A DNA stretch of 64,000 nucleotides from assembly GCA_963811165.1 (NCBI GenBank), contig CAWEQH010000010.1, forward strand, positions 384,001-448,000, read 5' to 3'. Position 1 is the first letter of the stretch; each line of letters starts with the position of its first letter. Origin of the DNA: an uncultured Nitrospiraceae bacterium (lineage in GTDB: Bacteria; Nitrospirota; Thermodesulfovibrionia; Thermodesulfovibrionales; UBA6898). This document shows positions 40,689-52,161 of the stretch, piece by piece. The notes under the pieces were generated by a model. The model saw only the letters and a list, made by a program, of their open reading frames with translations, searched no databases and was not told where the DNA came from. A program made the position numbers and the translations under genes.

Positions 40689-40781
40689 GTGCTCGACTCT
40701 CTCTTTAACCCACGTTCAATAGCAGTAATCGGCTCATCAAACGATCCTAAGGTTGTCAAGACCAAAGAGATCATGAATTGA
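40689..40781 (+). pseudogene. N-terminal remnant of an NDP-forming acyl-CoA synthetase (CoA-binding domain)
   Basis: GTG-start 30-codon frame MLDSLFNPRSIAVIGSSNDPK... then stop. Confidence 0.65.
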
Positions 40782-40949
40782 CTTCGCCAGGTTTTTGAAA
40801 GAACTCAAGGTGGGAAAATAGCCATCCGGAGCCTCCATCCAGGATCGGGAGGGCAAAATGGTCCTTACCGCGCTGTTTGCCGGTCCTTGCATCCCATGAA
40901 CCTTTTCGCCTATTCTAGGTATCAAATCTCATGCGAGGAGTTCTTATCT

Positions 40950-41630
40950 ATGGAAGACCTGAAGACATCTGAAACATGGCGTGTGTTTAGAATACAGTCC
41001 GAACTCGTAGAGGGCTTCGAGACCCTTCATGACCTCGGCCCTGCCGTGACTATCTTCGGAAGTGCACGACTCTCTCCAAAAAATAGATATTATGAAGACG
41101 CAGTCAATCTGGCCAAAATGCTTGCCGATGACGGGTTTGCGATTATAACCGGAGGCGGCCCGGGAATTATGGAAGGCGCCAACAGGGGTGCAAAAAAGGG
41201 GAAGGCGCATTCAGTAGGCCTTAACATAGAGATACCGGCCGAACAAGAACCCAATAAATACCATGACATCAGCCTCTCATTCAGGTATTTCTTCATAAGG
41301 AAGCTGATGTTCATTAAATACGCCATCGCCTTTATCATCTTTCCCGGCGGCTTCGGCACCATGGACGAATTGTTCGAGGCGCTGACCCTTTCGCAAACCA
41401 AAAGAATTCAGTCCTTCCCGATCATCCTCTACGGGTCCGAATATTGGAAGGGTCTTATCGACTGGATGAAAAACACGCTCGTCCAAAACGGCACAATCAC
41501 ACCGGAGGATTTTGCCCTCTTCTCCATCGTCGATACGCCGGAGGAGGTCCGCTTCCTCATCAACGAGCATTACCGGGTATTCGGAGGTCTGAGGCCGAAG
41601 GCAAATAGCAAAAAGAAAGCCCTGAAATGA
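40950..41630 (+). CDS. LOG family (TIGR00730) nucleotide phosphoribohydrolase
   Basis: FGSAR, TGGGPGIME, RK, PGGFGTMDE; GAGGAG RBS before 40950. Confidence 0.92.
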   Translation: MEDLKTSETWRVFRIQSELVEGFETLHDLGPAVTIFGSARLSPKNRYYEDAVNLAKMLADDGFAIITGGGPGIMEGANRGAKKGKAHSVGLNIEIPAEQEPNKYHDISLSFRYFFIRKLMFIKYAIAFIIFPGGFGTMDELFEALTLSQTKRIQSFPIILYGSEYWKGLIDWMKNTLVQNGTITPEDFALFSIVDTPEEVRFLINEHYRVFGGLRPKANSKKKALK

Positions 41631-41720
41631 GACTCCTCCCCTTAGCCAGGGAGAAATGATAAGGCGGCTACTTTTTATTCAAAGGCGACAAAAAAATCCC
41701 GCCTCCCCGACGGCTCAAAT

Positions 41721-42750
41721 TTAAGACCTGCTCAGCCTGTGTACCGCCTCGACCATCGCGATTGCGTTTTCGACGGGCGTCTCAGGCAGTATCCCGTGCC
41801 CCAGATTGAATATATGCCCGCGTGCGGAATCCGCCTTGTTCAGAACGTCCTGCACCCTCTCTTCGATATGTTCCTTCGGTCCGAAAAGGACGAGCGGGTC
41901 CAGATTACCCTGGACAGACACTTTCTTGCCTATGCTTTTTACAGCCCGGCCCATGTCGATACGCCAGTCTATGCCTATAACGTCCGCTCCGGATTTTTTT
42001 GCAATGTCGAGGACGCCGGCACAGTCGTTTACAAAATAGATGACAGGGACGCCATGTTTTTTCAGGGCTTTTATCGCAGTCTTCACATAAGGGAATATCA
42101 CCTGTTCGTAGTCAAAAGGTGAAAGTATTCCGGCCCATGAATCAAAAAGCTGCACCGCCTGCGCTCCCGCCCGTATCTGGGCCGACAGGTAGTCGATGAC
42201 AGTCGCCGTGATCTTTTCGAACAACGCAGCAAAGAGTCCGGGGTTCTGGTACATCATCTTTTTTGTGTTGAGAAAATTCTTAGAGCTTCCCCCTTCTATT
42301 ATGTAGGTCGCCAGGGTGAAGGGTGCGCCGGAAAAACCGATAAGGGGCACCCTGTCTGAAAGTTCCCGCCGAAGGATTCTTATCGTCTCAAGGACAAAAG
42401 GCATGCTGTCTTCGGTGTCGGGTATGACCAGTTTTTCCACGCCTGACTTGTTCCTGACCGGTTCGCCAAGGATCGGCCCTTTCTTGTCCGAAAACTCCAG
42501 GTGCATTCCCATTGCCTCCACAGGGATAAGGATATCGGAGAAGAGGATCGCCGCGTCGACCCCGAGTAAATCGACAGGCTGGAGAGTCACCTTTGCGGCA
42601 AGCTCCGGGGTCTTGCAGAGGGTCAGAAAATCCACCTTCGACGCGAACCTCCTGATATTCCTTCATATACCTGCCCGCCTGCCTCATCAGCCATACGGGA
42701 GTGTAATCGACCTTCTCCCCCCTGCACGCCTTTAAAAAAGTATCGTTCAT
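41721..42750 (-). CDS. hemE: Uroporphyrinogen decarboxylase (one extra base near 42643, probable assembly artefact)
   Basis: [11 protein letters not shown] in one frame; ILFSDIL, QGNLDP, NLGHG in another. Confidence 0.92.
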
Positions 42751-43817
42751 TTCTCCACCTTTCCAATTTTCCTTGGGATATAACTGCAAAACGGTTCCTC
42801 TTCGAGGTAATCGCCATGTATGGAATACGCCCTGGCGCGGCATCCGCCGCAGACGTTGACAAACTCGCAGGAACCGCACTTGCCCTTGTATTTCTTGAAA
42901 TCCCTCAGGTCCTTGAAAAGTTCCGAACCCTCCCAGATCTCCTTAAATGATGTCTCCCGAACATTACCCGCAGGCTTCGGGAAATAACTGCAGGGGAGCA
43001 CATTGCCGTCCACATCGATCAGGCATATGAGCTGTCCGGCAATGCAGCCTTTCGAGCCGCCCGTCGAAAACTTGAGGGTACGCTTCTTGAACTTTTCTCC
43101 TTCCTTCTTCGACTGCTGCAAAACTACCCGGTAATAATGCGGCGCGCACGTCGGCCTCACGAGCATCATGTCCTCGTCTTTCTCCATCTGATAATGCCAG
43201 TCCAGGATCTCCTCGTAATCCTCCTTCGAGATGAGCTCGTTCATGATCTCTTCGCCCCGGCCAGTCGGCACTATCATAAACATGTACCATGCGGTCGCCC
43301 CAAGTTCCTTCGCAAGACGATAAACCTTTGGTATCTCCTCCTGGTTTCTCCGGGTAAATGAGGAATTGACGATAAATTCTATCCCATGTTTTTTGAAGAG
43401 CCTCGCCGCATTGATCGTGCCGGTAAAGGCGCCCTTCTGGCTCCTGAAATCGTCATGCACACTTTCTTCGGAACCGTCAAGACTCAGAGAAACGATCTTG
43501 ATGCCGGATGCTTTTATCTTTTCGCAGATTTCGCCGTTGACCAGTGTACCGTTTGTCGCAAGGCACATCCTCAGTCCCTTGTCCGTTCCGTATTGAGCGA
43601 TCTCAAACACATCCTTTCTTATGAGGGGCTCTCCCCCGGACAGGACAACGACCGGCTTCGCATAGCTTGCAATATCGTCGATTACCCTGAATGCCTCGGA
43701 AGTGGAAAAATCGGGATGCCCCTTCGCCTCCATCTCCGAGGATGAACGGCAGTGGACACAACGGAGGTTACATCTCCTCGTTATTTCCCAGGCTATCCAC
43801 TTGGGTGAAAATTCCAT
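42747..43817 (-). CDS. Radical SAM/SPASM protein of the AhbD/NirJ heme-biosynthesis family
   Basis: [35 protein letters not shown]...CGGCRARA; coupled to hemE. Confidence 0.85.
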   Translation of the reverse strand: MEFSPKWIAWEITRRCNLRCVHCRSSSEMEAKGHPDFSTSEAFRVIDDIASYAKPVVVLSGGEPLIRKDVFEIAQYGTDKGLRMCLATNGTLVNGEICEKIKASGIKIVSLSLDGSEESVHDDFRSQKGAFTGTINAARLFKKHGIEFIVNSSFTRRNQEEIPKVYRLAKELGATAWYMFMIVPTGRGEEIMNELISKEDYEEILDWHYQMEKDEDMMLVRPTCAPHYYRVVLQQSKKEGEKFKKRTLKFSTGGSKGCIAGQLICLIDVDGNVLPCSYFPKPAGNVRETSFKEIWEGSELFKDLRDFKKYKGKCGSCEFVNVCGGCRARAYSIHGDYLEEEPFCSYIPRKIGKVEK

Positions 43818-43871
43818 TATCTATCTCCTTGCCTTATCGTGCGCACACCAAAGAATTCCGTATCGCCACTA

Positions 43872-45533
43872 TTATACCTTCGCCCCGATCAATTTTTCAC
43901 CAAAGATGCTATTTTCTATCGCATCAAGCAAAGGACGGAACGTAGCAGTGTCCAGTGCGGACACCCCTACCGCATCGAATCGTATCGAGAGATTCCCGCT
44001 TTCCTCGCCCGTCAGCCTGTCCGTTTTATTAAATACGAGAAGTCGTTTTTTATCTGCAAGCTTCAGATCCGAAAGGATCCGTTCTACCGATGCGATTTGC
44101 TGCCCAAACCTCGGGTTCGACACATCGACGACATGCAACAACAGGTCCGCGTCCTCGAGTTCCTCAAGCGTAGATTTAAAGGCCGCCATCAAGTCCTTCG
44201 GAAGGTCTCTTATAAAGCCGACCGTATCGGTAATTACGACTTCCCGTTCCCGTGGGAACCTGAGTCTCCTGCTGGCAGTGTCCAGAGTGGCAAACAACTT
44301 GTCCTCCACGAAGGTCCGGCTTTTCGTGAGCGCGTTTAGGAGCGTCGATTTTCCGGCATTCGTATATCCTATGATAGAGACTATCGGGATTTTGGCTTCC
44401 ACCCTCCGCGACTTTCTCTGGCTCCTCGCTTTGCTCAATGTCTTGAGTTCTCTTTCGAGAAGCCCTATCCTGTCCCTCACCCGCCGTCTGTCTATCTCAA
44501 GTTTCATCTCTCCCGGGCCCCTTCCGCCGATCCCTCCCATGAGGCGAGACATCGCAGTCCCCTTGCCCGTAAGCCTCGGGAGCCTGTATTTGAGCTGCGC
44601 GAGCTCCACCTGCACCTTTCCGTCTCTGCTGTGCGCACGACGCGCGAATATATCGAGGATCAACTGGGACCGGTCGATGACCTTTAACTCAGTCAGTTCG
44701 CCGATCGACTTGATCTGAGACGGCGTAAGGTCCTGATCGAAGATGAGAAGCGTAGCGCCCCTGTTCATCGCCGTGATCACGAGTTCCTTGACCTTGCCCT
44801 CCCCCATCAGATATTTGGGGTTGATCTCTTTCGGTCTCTGTATGACCGAGCCGAGCACGAAGACATCGCTCGATTGCGCAAGCTCTCTGAGTTCTTCCAC
44901 GGAATCTTCCTGTTCGTACTTCGACTTCAGCGAAACACTGACCAGGATGGCCATCTCCCGCCCCGCCCGTTCACCCCGGGAAAAACCGCCGCCTGAAACC
45001 TCAAACCCGCGTGCCCGCTCAAGTTCGTCTTCAAGGGCCTCCATGAAGGGTCTGAAATCGACCGCATGATGAAAAAAGTCCACAACCGGCAGCACCTCGA
45101 TGGGGGCCTTTGCCCCCTGCGGCATAAGATGCGCGATATACATATCGGCCGGCTGGCCCTCCTTCACTCCTATTGCGGCCATCATATCGAACCTGAGGAG
45201 GGAAAGGTCCGTAAGATCGTCCTGGCTAAGCGGCTCGTTTTGCAGATGGGTGTGGATAAACCTGAGTCCCCTGAGCGCCTTCCTGCCGACCGGATAGTCC
45301 GTCAGAGGAGGAATAAAAATGCCTTTCGCGTCGCCTATGACCACGTGGGTCACGGTCCCTTTTCGGGAAACAATAATGCCCACCTGGCGGTTTATTTCAA
45401 ATGATATCTCGGCTAGGTATTTCCCCAATTCAACGCTTATCAGTTCGTCGTGAAGACGCCTTCGGTAGATCCTCTCGATCGCGTATATCTGGCTCCCTTT
45501 GAGGCCTGTAAGTTTTCCGTATAGTGCCGCTAT
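43872..45533 (-). CDS. hflX: GTPase HflX, long form (probable ATA start at 45533)
   Basis: GYTNAGKSTL, LFATLD, DTVGF, NKTD; frame open upstream of the TTG at 45428. Confidence 0.93.
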   Translation of the reverse strand: MAALYGKLTGLKGSQIYAIERIYRRRLHDELISVELGKYLAEISFEINRQVGIIVSRKGTVTHVVIGDAKGIFIPPLTDYPVGRKALRGLRFIHTHLQNEPLSQDDLTDLSLLRFDMMAAIGVKEGQPADMYIAHLMPQGAKAPIEVLPVVDFFHHAVDFRPFMEALEDELERARGFEVSGGGFSRGERAGREMAILVSVSLKSKYEQEDSVEELRELAQSSDVFVLGSVIQRPKEINPKYLMGEGKVKELVITAMNRGATLLIFDQDLTPSQIKSIGELTELKVIDRSQLILDIFARRAHSRDGKVQVELAQLKYRLPRLTGKGTAMSRLMGGIGGRGPGEMKLEIDRRRVRDRIGLLERELKTLSKARSQRKSRRVEAKIPIVSIIGYTNAGKSTLLNALTKSRTFVEDKLFATLDTASRRLRFPREREVVITDTVGFIRDLPKDLMAAFKSTLEELEDADLLLHVVDVSNPRFGQQIASVERILSDLKLADKKRLLVFNKTDRLTGEESGNLSIRFDAVGVSALDTATFRPLLDAIENSIFGEKLIGAKV

Positions 45534-45641
45534 CCCTTTTCCTCCAAAAATTATTTCACAATTTTTCTATTTCCTTATATCATTGTAACATAAGACGCGC
45601 AGCCGTAGAGACATAGAGGACTCGATGGAAGGAGGGAAGAA

Positions 45642-46196
45642 ATGAAAATCATCCTGGAACATAAAATCGGCGGAAAGACACTTCGCCTCGTGCAGGGAGA
45701 TATCACGGACAGGGAGGTTGACGCCATCGTCAATGCGGCCAACTCCCATCTGCAGCACGGCGGCGGCGTCGCAGGCGCCATCGTAAAGAAAGGCGGCAAT
45801 ATCATTCAGGAAGAAAGTGACAAAATCGGATTTACGCCGGTAGGCACCGCCGTTATCACCGGCGCAGGCAGACTTCCTTCAAAGTTCGTTATCCACGCCG
45901 TCGGTCCGAGGATGGGTGAAGGTGACGAAGACAAGAAGCTCAAGAACGCTGTCCACAGCACCCTCGTGCTGGCCAATGAACAGAACCTAAGGAGCATCTC
46001 GCTCCCTGCGATCAGTTCCGGCACATTTGGATTTCCCAAGGACAGATGCGCCCGCATTCTTGTCGGCGAATCCGCTTCTTTCCTTAGAGAACATACCGAC
46101 GCCAGCCTTGATGTGGTCGAATTTTGCATACACGATGACCTCACGCTGGGTCATTTCAAAAAAGAATTCAACAAGCTCAATAAAGCAGACGGGTAA
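45642..46196 (+). CDS. Macro domain protein (YmdB-like ADP-ribose hydrolase)
   Basis: GDIT, NAAN, HGGGVAGAI, HAVGP, ISSGTFGFP. Confidence 0.93.
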   Translation: MKIILEHKIGGKTLRLVQGDITDREVDAIVNAANSHLQHGGGVAGAIVKKGGNIIQEESDKIGFTPVGTAVITGAGRLPSKFVIHAVGPRMGEGDEDKKLKNAVHSTLVLANEQNLRSISLPAISSGTFGFPKDRCARILVGESASFLREHTDASLDVVEFCIHDDLTLGHFKKEFNKLNKADG

Positions 46197-46226
46197 TACA
46201 CCGTCTGATTACTCACGCCCCTAAGA

Positions 46227-47292
46227 CTACTTTTTTTGCGCGTACTCCTTTTTTATCTTCTTATATAACTCTTCGGGCGTAAATACGGCCCCCCCGGCCC
46301 TGCCGTAAAATACCACATCGCATTTCCCGTTCACCGCAAGTCTCACGTCATCGACCATCTGCCCGGCGTTCATCTCGACCACCATGAGCCGCTTTGCCCG
46401 TTTGGCCACTTCTGCCATCTTTTTTTCAGGAAAAGGGAATAATGTCATAGGCCTGAAAAGACCGACCTTCCGACCTTCTTTCCTTAAGTTTCGAACAGAA
46501 GAAAGGGCAATCCGCGCCGCCACTCCAAAGGCAACTACTACTAACTGCGCGTCTTCGACATCATACTCATCGAACATGACCTCTCTTTTCTTAATCACCT
46601 CATATTTGTCTGACAGTTGGTTGTTTCTCTGTCTCGAGTTCCCCCTGCCCCATACATAATGAACGAATAACTCTCGGACTTCTGTCCTTGCAGCCGTTCA
46701 AAATCCAGTCTTTTTTTGGAAGACGGGGCCGCACATATTTTGTCTGATGAAAAGGCTCCATCATCTGTCCTATCACGCCGTCTCCCAGGATAATGACCGG
46801 CATTCTGTATTCGTCGGCCTTGTCGAAAGCCCGCATCGTAAGGTCCCACATCTCCTGCACACTAAAAGGAGAATATACGATGCACCGGTAATCTCCGTGT
46901 CCTCCGCCCTTCACCGCCTGGTAATAATCGCCCTGGCTCGCTGTGATATTGCCAAGTCCCGGGCCGCCCCTCTGGATATTGACGATTACTGCAGGCAACT
47001 CGGCGCCGGCAAGGAATGAGATCGCTTCCTGCATAAGACTTATCCCCGGGCTGCTCGAAGACGTCATGGCCCTCACGCCGGCGGCGGATGCCCCGTATAC
47101 CATATTGACGGAGGCGATCTCGCTCTCGGCCTGGATGAAGACCCCCCCGACCTCAGGCATCCTTCTGGCCATATACTCGGGGATCTCATTCTGCGGCGTG
47201 ATCGGATAGCCCGCGTAAAAACGGCAGCCCGCCTGTATCGCAGCTTCGGCCACCGCTTCATTGCCCTTCATAAAAAATAATTTCTTTTGCAT
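46227..47292 (-). CDS. vorB: 2-oxoacid:ferredoxin oxidoreductase alpha subunit, VorB type (one extra base near 46633)
   Basis: [26 protein letters not shown]-terminus (EMNAGQM) in another frame. Confidence 0.88.
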
Positions 47293-47395
47293 ACTTAATC
47301 TCGCCGGCAAGGTGCCCCGGCCCAGGGGGCCTGCGGCACGCCGAAATAATTATAGCATACCATCGGCCTCCCTTTAGCGCCCACGGGCATTCCGA

Positions 47396-47425
47396 TTGAC
47401 AAACCCGCGGCTCTTTATTTAAGAT
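47396..47425 (+). promoter_or_regulatory. Sigma70-type promoter of glyQS
   Basis: TTGACA-18 nt-TAAGAT. Confidence 0.65.
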
Positions 47426-47447
47426 TTCGTTTTACCAAGGAGATCGA

Positions 47448-48324
47448 ATGTATTTTCAGGAATTGATTTTATCGCTTCAGAATTTCTGGGCAAAAAAGGG
47501 TTGTGTGCTGCTTCAGCCTTATGATATCGAGGTCGGCGCCGGCACCTTCCATACCGCAACTTTTTTCAGGGTCATCGGTCCAGAACCCTGGAAGACGGCA
47601 TATGTCCAGCCCTCAAGAAGACCTACCGACGGCAGGTATGGAGAGAACCCAAACAGACTTCAGCATTACTATCAGTATCAGGTAATTATAAAGCCTTCTC
47701 CTTCGGACAGCCAGGGGATGTACCTTGAAAGTCTCGGCGAACTCGGGATCGACGCGACGAAACACGATATCACGGTTCGTGGAAGACGATTGGGAATCGC
47801 CCACCCTCGGCGCATGGGGTCTTGGCTGGGAGGTTTGGCTCGACGGCATGGAGGTCACGCAGTTCACTTATTTTCAGCAGGTCGGCGGGATCGATCTCAG
47901 GCCCGTATCGCTTGAAATAACGTACGGCCTGGAAAGAATCGCGATGTACCTGCAGGGCGTCGACAACGTCTATAATCTCAAATGGAATAAAGAGCTCATG
48001 TACGGCGACGTGCACCATATAAGCGAAGTCGAGGGCTCTAAATACAATTTCGACCATTCAAACGCCGAACTGCTCGCCCGCCATTTCGATGACTGCGAGA
48101 GGGAGTCGATAAGGATGAACACTCTCGGGCTAGTCATCCCCTCTTATGAGTTCTGTCTCAAATGTTCTCATCTTTTTAATCTGCTTGATGCAAGGGGGGC
48201 GATATCCGTGACCGAGCGGACGAAATACATAGCAAAGGTGAGGAATCTTGCCAAGCTTTCTGCCGAGGCGTTCTATAAACAAAGGGAAGAGATGGGGTTT
48301 CCCTTACTAAGGGCCAAAAAGTGA
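47448..48324 (+). CDS. glyQ: Glycine-tRNA ligase alpha subunit (one extra base near 47772)
   Basis: [20 protein letters not shown], then [16 protein letters not shown] and TYGLER in the next frame. Confidence 0.95.
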
Positions 48325-50423
48325 ATTCAAATAATCCGGAAACAACAACCAAATTGAACTTGCCTGCAGGCCGGCCCCTGCTGTTCGAGATAGGCACTGA
48401 AGAGATACCGGCGAGATTTCTTCCTGCGGCCATTGCGGACCTGAAAAGCACAGCAAAGTCGGTCTTCGATGAATACCGCATATCTTACGGCGAGGCCAGG
48501 TCGTATGCGACTCCGAGGAGGCTAGTTCTTATAATGAAGGGCGTGGCCCCGATGCAAAACGACGTGGTAAAGGAAATCTTCGGACCTTCCAAAAAAGTGG
48601 CCTTTGACGAGCAGGGAAATGCGACAAAGGCGATTACCGGGTTCGCAGTCTCCCTCGGCCTGAACGTCTCCGACCTCGTGGTAAGGACAAAAGGCAAGGG
48701 TGAATACATGGCAGCCGTAATATCGGAAAAAGGGATGGAAACAAAGGCCGTGCTGCCGGAAGTCTTCAGAAAGATCATACTCTCCCTGCGTTTTCCAAAA
48801 TCCATGAGATGGGGCAGCGGCAACCTCCTTTTCGTCCGGCCCATTCACTGGCTGGTCACCCTTTACGGTCCCGATACGATACCGCTGGATATAGACGGCA
48901 TAAAGGGCGGAAATATGACACGGGGACACCGGTTCCTTTCTCCGGCTTTTTTTCAGATAAAGGAGATATCGTCCTTTATCAACCTTCTTGAAAACAATTA
49001 CGTGCTGCTCGATCAGGACATGCGCCGGGAAAAGATAAGGTCCGGGATCACTGCCTTGGCGGCACAATCGGGAGGGCAGCCGGTCATGGACGAGGACCTT
49101 CTCGGACTCGTTAATTATCTTGTCGAGTATCCTGTGCCTGTCCTCTGCGGGTTCGACCGGGAATATCTGAAACTTCCGAAAGAACTCCTCATAACGGTAA
49201 TGAAGGACCACCAGAAATACTTCGGAATTCAGGACGGCGAGGGAAATCTGTTGAATAAGTTCATCGTGATCAGTAACACTCTGGCGGAAAACGCCGAAAC
49301 CGTCAGGACCGGCGCTGAAAAAGTCATCAAGGCACGATTCGACGACGCCAAGTTTTATTACTACGAGGATATGAAGAAGCCGCTCATCGGCCGGGTCGAT
49401 GATTTAAAGAAGGTGACCTTCCATGATACGCTTGGCAGTCTCTACGATAAAACCGGGAGGATTGCCTCAATGGGATCATTCCTGGCAGAGAAGCTTCTGC
49501 CGGCCCAGAGGGACAAAGTCGTAAGGGCAGCGGGCCTCTCAAAGACCGACCTGATCACCGGAGTCGTAAGAGAATTTCCCGAACTTCAGGGCGTGATGGG
49601 AAAATACTATGCCGCCCATGACGGCGAAGAGAAAGGGATACCGGAGTCGCTGGAAGAACAATATTTCCCAAAGTCTTTAGGCGGCCGCACGCCGGAAACC
49701 GACCTCGGCGCCCTCCTAAGCCTCTCAGACAAGATCGACAATATTGCCTCTTTTTTCTCAATAGGCCTCATGCCGACCGGCTCCGAGGACCCCTTCGCCC
49801 TCAGAAGACAGGCGATCGGCGTCGTGACCGTGCTGATCGACAGGGGCTACGCAGTGACCCTTGATGAGATTTTCTCAAGGGCTCTTGAGAGCGTGCCTGC
49901 AAAGTCCGGACGCGACATATCAGGGGACTTACTCGATTTCATGGGACAGAGGGTAGAATTCGTCCTATCCTCAAAAGGATATGCGCAAGACCTCGTGAAG
50001 TCCGTTCTTCCGCTGATATCGTCCCGTCCGCTAAAGACGGCCGTTTCCATGATCGAGGCACTTCAGAGATTCAAACAGGATGAAATCTTTCCTCAATTTC
50101 TCCTTGCGATAAAGAGGGTCAACAATATCATTCCCAAGACGGCGCTTCCTCCGCTAAGCGAAAACCTTTTGCTGCAGGAAGAGGAAAAGGGTCTTTACGG
50201 CACTTTCTTGCTCTTGAGAGATCGAATCTCTCCGCTTCTGGGAGAAGAGAATTTTTTTGCGGGTCTTATGGTATTGTCCGAGATGACCCCTTCGGTCAAC
50301 AACTTCTTCGACAAGGTCCTCGTCATGGACAAAAAAGAGGAAATTAAATTGAACCGGCTTGCGCTGCTCAAGGAGATATGGTCGGCGGCCTCATCGTTTG
50401 CGGACTTCTCTAAGCTCTCCTGA
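48321..50423 (+). CDS. glyS: Glycine-tRNA ligase beta subunit
   Basis: [31 protein letters not shown]. Confidence 0.96.
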   Translation: MNSNNPETTTKLNLPAGRPLLFEIGTEEIPARFLPAAIADLKSTAKSVFDEYRISYGEARSYATPRRLVLIMKGVAPMQNDVVKEIFGPSKKVAFDEQGNATKAITGFAVSLGLNVSDLVVRTKGKGEYMAAVISEKGMETKAVLPEVFRKIILSLRFPKSMRWGSGNLLFVRPIHWLVTLYGPDTIPLDIDGIKGGNMTRGHRFLSPAFFQIKEISSFINLLENNYVLLDQDMRREKIRSGITALAAQSGGQPVMDEDLLGLVNYLVEYPVPVLCGFDREYLKLPKELLITVMKDHQKYFGIQDGEGNLLNKFIVISNTLAENAETVRTGAEKVIKARFDDAKFYYYEDMKKPLIGRVDDLKKVTFHDTLGSLYDKTGRIASMGSFLAEKLLPAQRDKVVRAAGLSKTDLITGVVREFPELQGVMGKYYAAHDGEEKGIPESLEEQYFPKSLGGRTPETDLGALLSLSDKIDNIASFFSIGLMPTGSEDPFALRRQAIGVVTVLIDRGYAVTLDEIFSRALESVPAKSGRDISGDLLDFMGQRVEFVLSSKGYAQDLVKSVLPLISSRPLKTAVSMIEALQRFKQDEIFPQFLLAIKRVNNIIPKTALPPLSENLLLQEEEKGLYGTFLLLRDRISPLLGEENFFAGLMVLSEMTPSVNNFFDKVLVMDKKEEIKLNRLALLKEIWSAASSFADFSKLS

Positions 50424-50427
50424 GACG

Positions 50428-51195
50428 TCACACTCCAGTGACCCTCAGTACTATCGCGCTTATATTGTCCCTCCCCTCCCCGGCAATCGCCCTTTCGTAA
50501 AGACACTGCACTGTTTTTCTCCGATCGGGAAAACACTCCTCCATCTCCTCACGCCTCATGCTCTCCCACAAACCGTCGGTACAGATCAGAAAGGTGCTGC
50601 CGTCGGATATCTTCACCGCGTTTACCTCTACTTCCGGCAGTCCGCCCAGCAAATCGGCGATGACGGCCGAAGTAACGATATTTTTCTGCGAGTGAAACCT
50701 CATCTCGTCCTCTGTGATAGTGCCAAAGTCGACAAGTTCCTGCACCACGGAATGGTCCTTCGTAAGCCTTTCGAGAAAACCGTCTTTCAGAAGATAGACC
50801 CTGCTGTCCCCGCAGTTAAAGACAAAAGACCCCTTGTCCGTCAAAAAAATTCCCGATACTGTAGTACCCATGCCATACTTGAGTCTGTCCTTTCCTGCAA
50901 GGCCATTCAAGGTTTCTTTGGCGGATACTATGATTTCACTGATGTCTGCTGCGTTTTCAATGCCCGGATACCGTTTCTTAAATTCCTCAAGGACCGTCTT
51001 ACTGGCCAGCTCTCCATGTTGATGTCCACCCATTCCGTCCGCCACCATATAGATCTGTTTTTCCTCGGAGGATTTCAGATATGTAGCACGGTCCATGTTC
51101 GCTTCGGAGATAAGGAGGTCGTTCACCAGGAGACTGTCTTCATTCTTCTTCCTCGTCTTGCCTATATTAGATAGGTAACCGGCCTCTACCCGCAT
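50428..51195 (-). CDS. PP2C-family Ser/Thr protein phosphatase
   Basis: NED, VADGMGG, GDSR, CTDGL, GRDN. Confidence 0.93.
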   Translation of the reverse strand: MRVEAGYLSNIGKTRKKNEDSLLVNDLLISEANMDRATYLKSSEEKQIYMVADGMGGHQHGELASKTVLEEFKKRYPGIENAADISEIIVSAKETLNGLAGKDRLKYGMGTTVSGIFLTDKGSFVFNCGDSRVYLLKDGFLERLTKDHSVVQELVDFGTITEDEMRFHSQKNIVTSAVIADLLGGLPEVEVNAVKISDGSTFLICTDGLWESMRREEMEECFPDRRKTVQCLYERAIAGEGRDNISAIVLRVTGV

Positions 51196-51376
51196 ATCGC
51201 CATCCTCCTCGTCGTTTGCCCCTGAGGGTCAACGTATTGTAAAGTATGCGGAATATTTTTTTCACGCAGGAATCAAGAGGACTGTCACTTCTTAGGCCGC
51301 CTTGACATCTCCTCCGGGCAGAGGTAATTGTTTACTATGGTGGGCCTCTGCCGAACGAAAAAGGAAGACTTCACTA

Positions 51377-52020
51377 ATGTTTCGTGACAGGAAAGATGCC
51401 GGGGCCAAACTGACATCGCGACTCCTTAAGTACAAGGACAATGACGACACACTTGTTCTGGCGCTGCCCCGTGGCGGGGTCGTTACCGGCTATGAAGTGG
51501 CGCGGGCACTGGGCGTGCCCCTTGATGTCCTGATAGTTCGAAAGATAGGCGTCCCCTGGCAGCCGGAACTCGCCGCCGCTGCCCTTTCCAAACAGGCAGC
51601 CTCGTCCTTAACAAACTTGTCGTATCGGGCTACAGGATATCAAAGGAATTTCTGGAAAAAGAGGTTTTGAGACAGAAAGAGGAGATAGAAAGAAGGAGAG
51701 AACTTTACCGCATGGGAAGAAGCATCGCCGACCTCAGCGGACAGATAATAATCCTGATAGATGACGGCGTCGCTACGGGTGCAACGATGAAGGCCGCCAT
51801 CGAAACCCTTCGGGACGCAAAGATCTCTAAACTGGTTGTTGCCCTGCCGGTATCTCCTTCGGACACCGCTGATGAACTCAGAGGGATCTCGGATGAATTT
51901 ATCTGTATAGAAACGCACTCGGATTTTCTTTCCGTCGGCAACTACTATCAGGATTTTACGCAGGTTTCGGACGAGGAGGTGGTTGACCTTCTTGAGCAGT
52001 CGCGAAAGGAAAAGGGTTGA
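51377..52020 (+). pseudogene. Phosphoribosyltransferase-family protein with one base missing near 51590 (real lesion or artefact)
   Basis: FRDRKDAG, LPRGG, RKIGVP.QPE in one frame; LIDDGVATG, YYQDF.QVSD in another. Confidence 0.75.
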
Positions 52021-52088
52021 TGCGCGGCGCATATGCGCCGCTTTCCGCTTCGTGCAATACCTTGCGAAAAAAAACTGCGCAGGAAATA

Positions 52089-52118
52089 TTGACAATTCCT
52101 CTTTGATTCTAGTATGTT
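52089..52118 (+). promoter_or_regulatory. Sigma70-type promoter of rplM-rpsI
   Basis: TTGACA-18 nt-TATGTT. Confidence 0.55.
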
Positions 52119-52161
52119 ATATAGTTCTTAATATTCTATAAGAAAGTAAAGAGGTTTGATA

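Noticed and set aside
43702..44718. 338-aa plus-strand ORF and the many other antisense ORFs in the track
   Set aside because: Shadow frames of well-supported genes on the opposite strand (here hflX).
47765..47780. Programmed ribosomal frameshifting in glyQ (also hemE, vorB, tatD)
   Set aside because: No slippery heptamers or stimulatory structures; the pattern fits consensus errors at synonymous SNPs.
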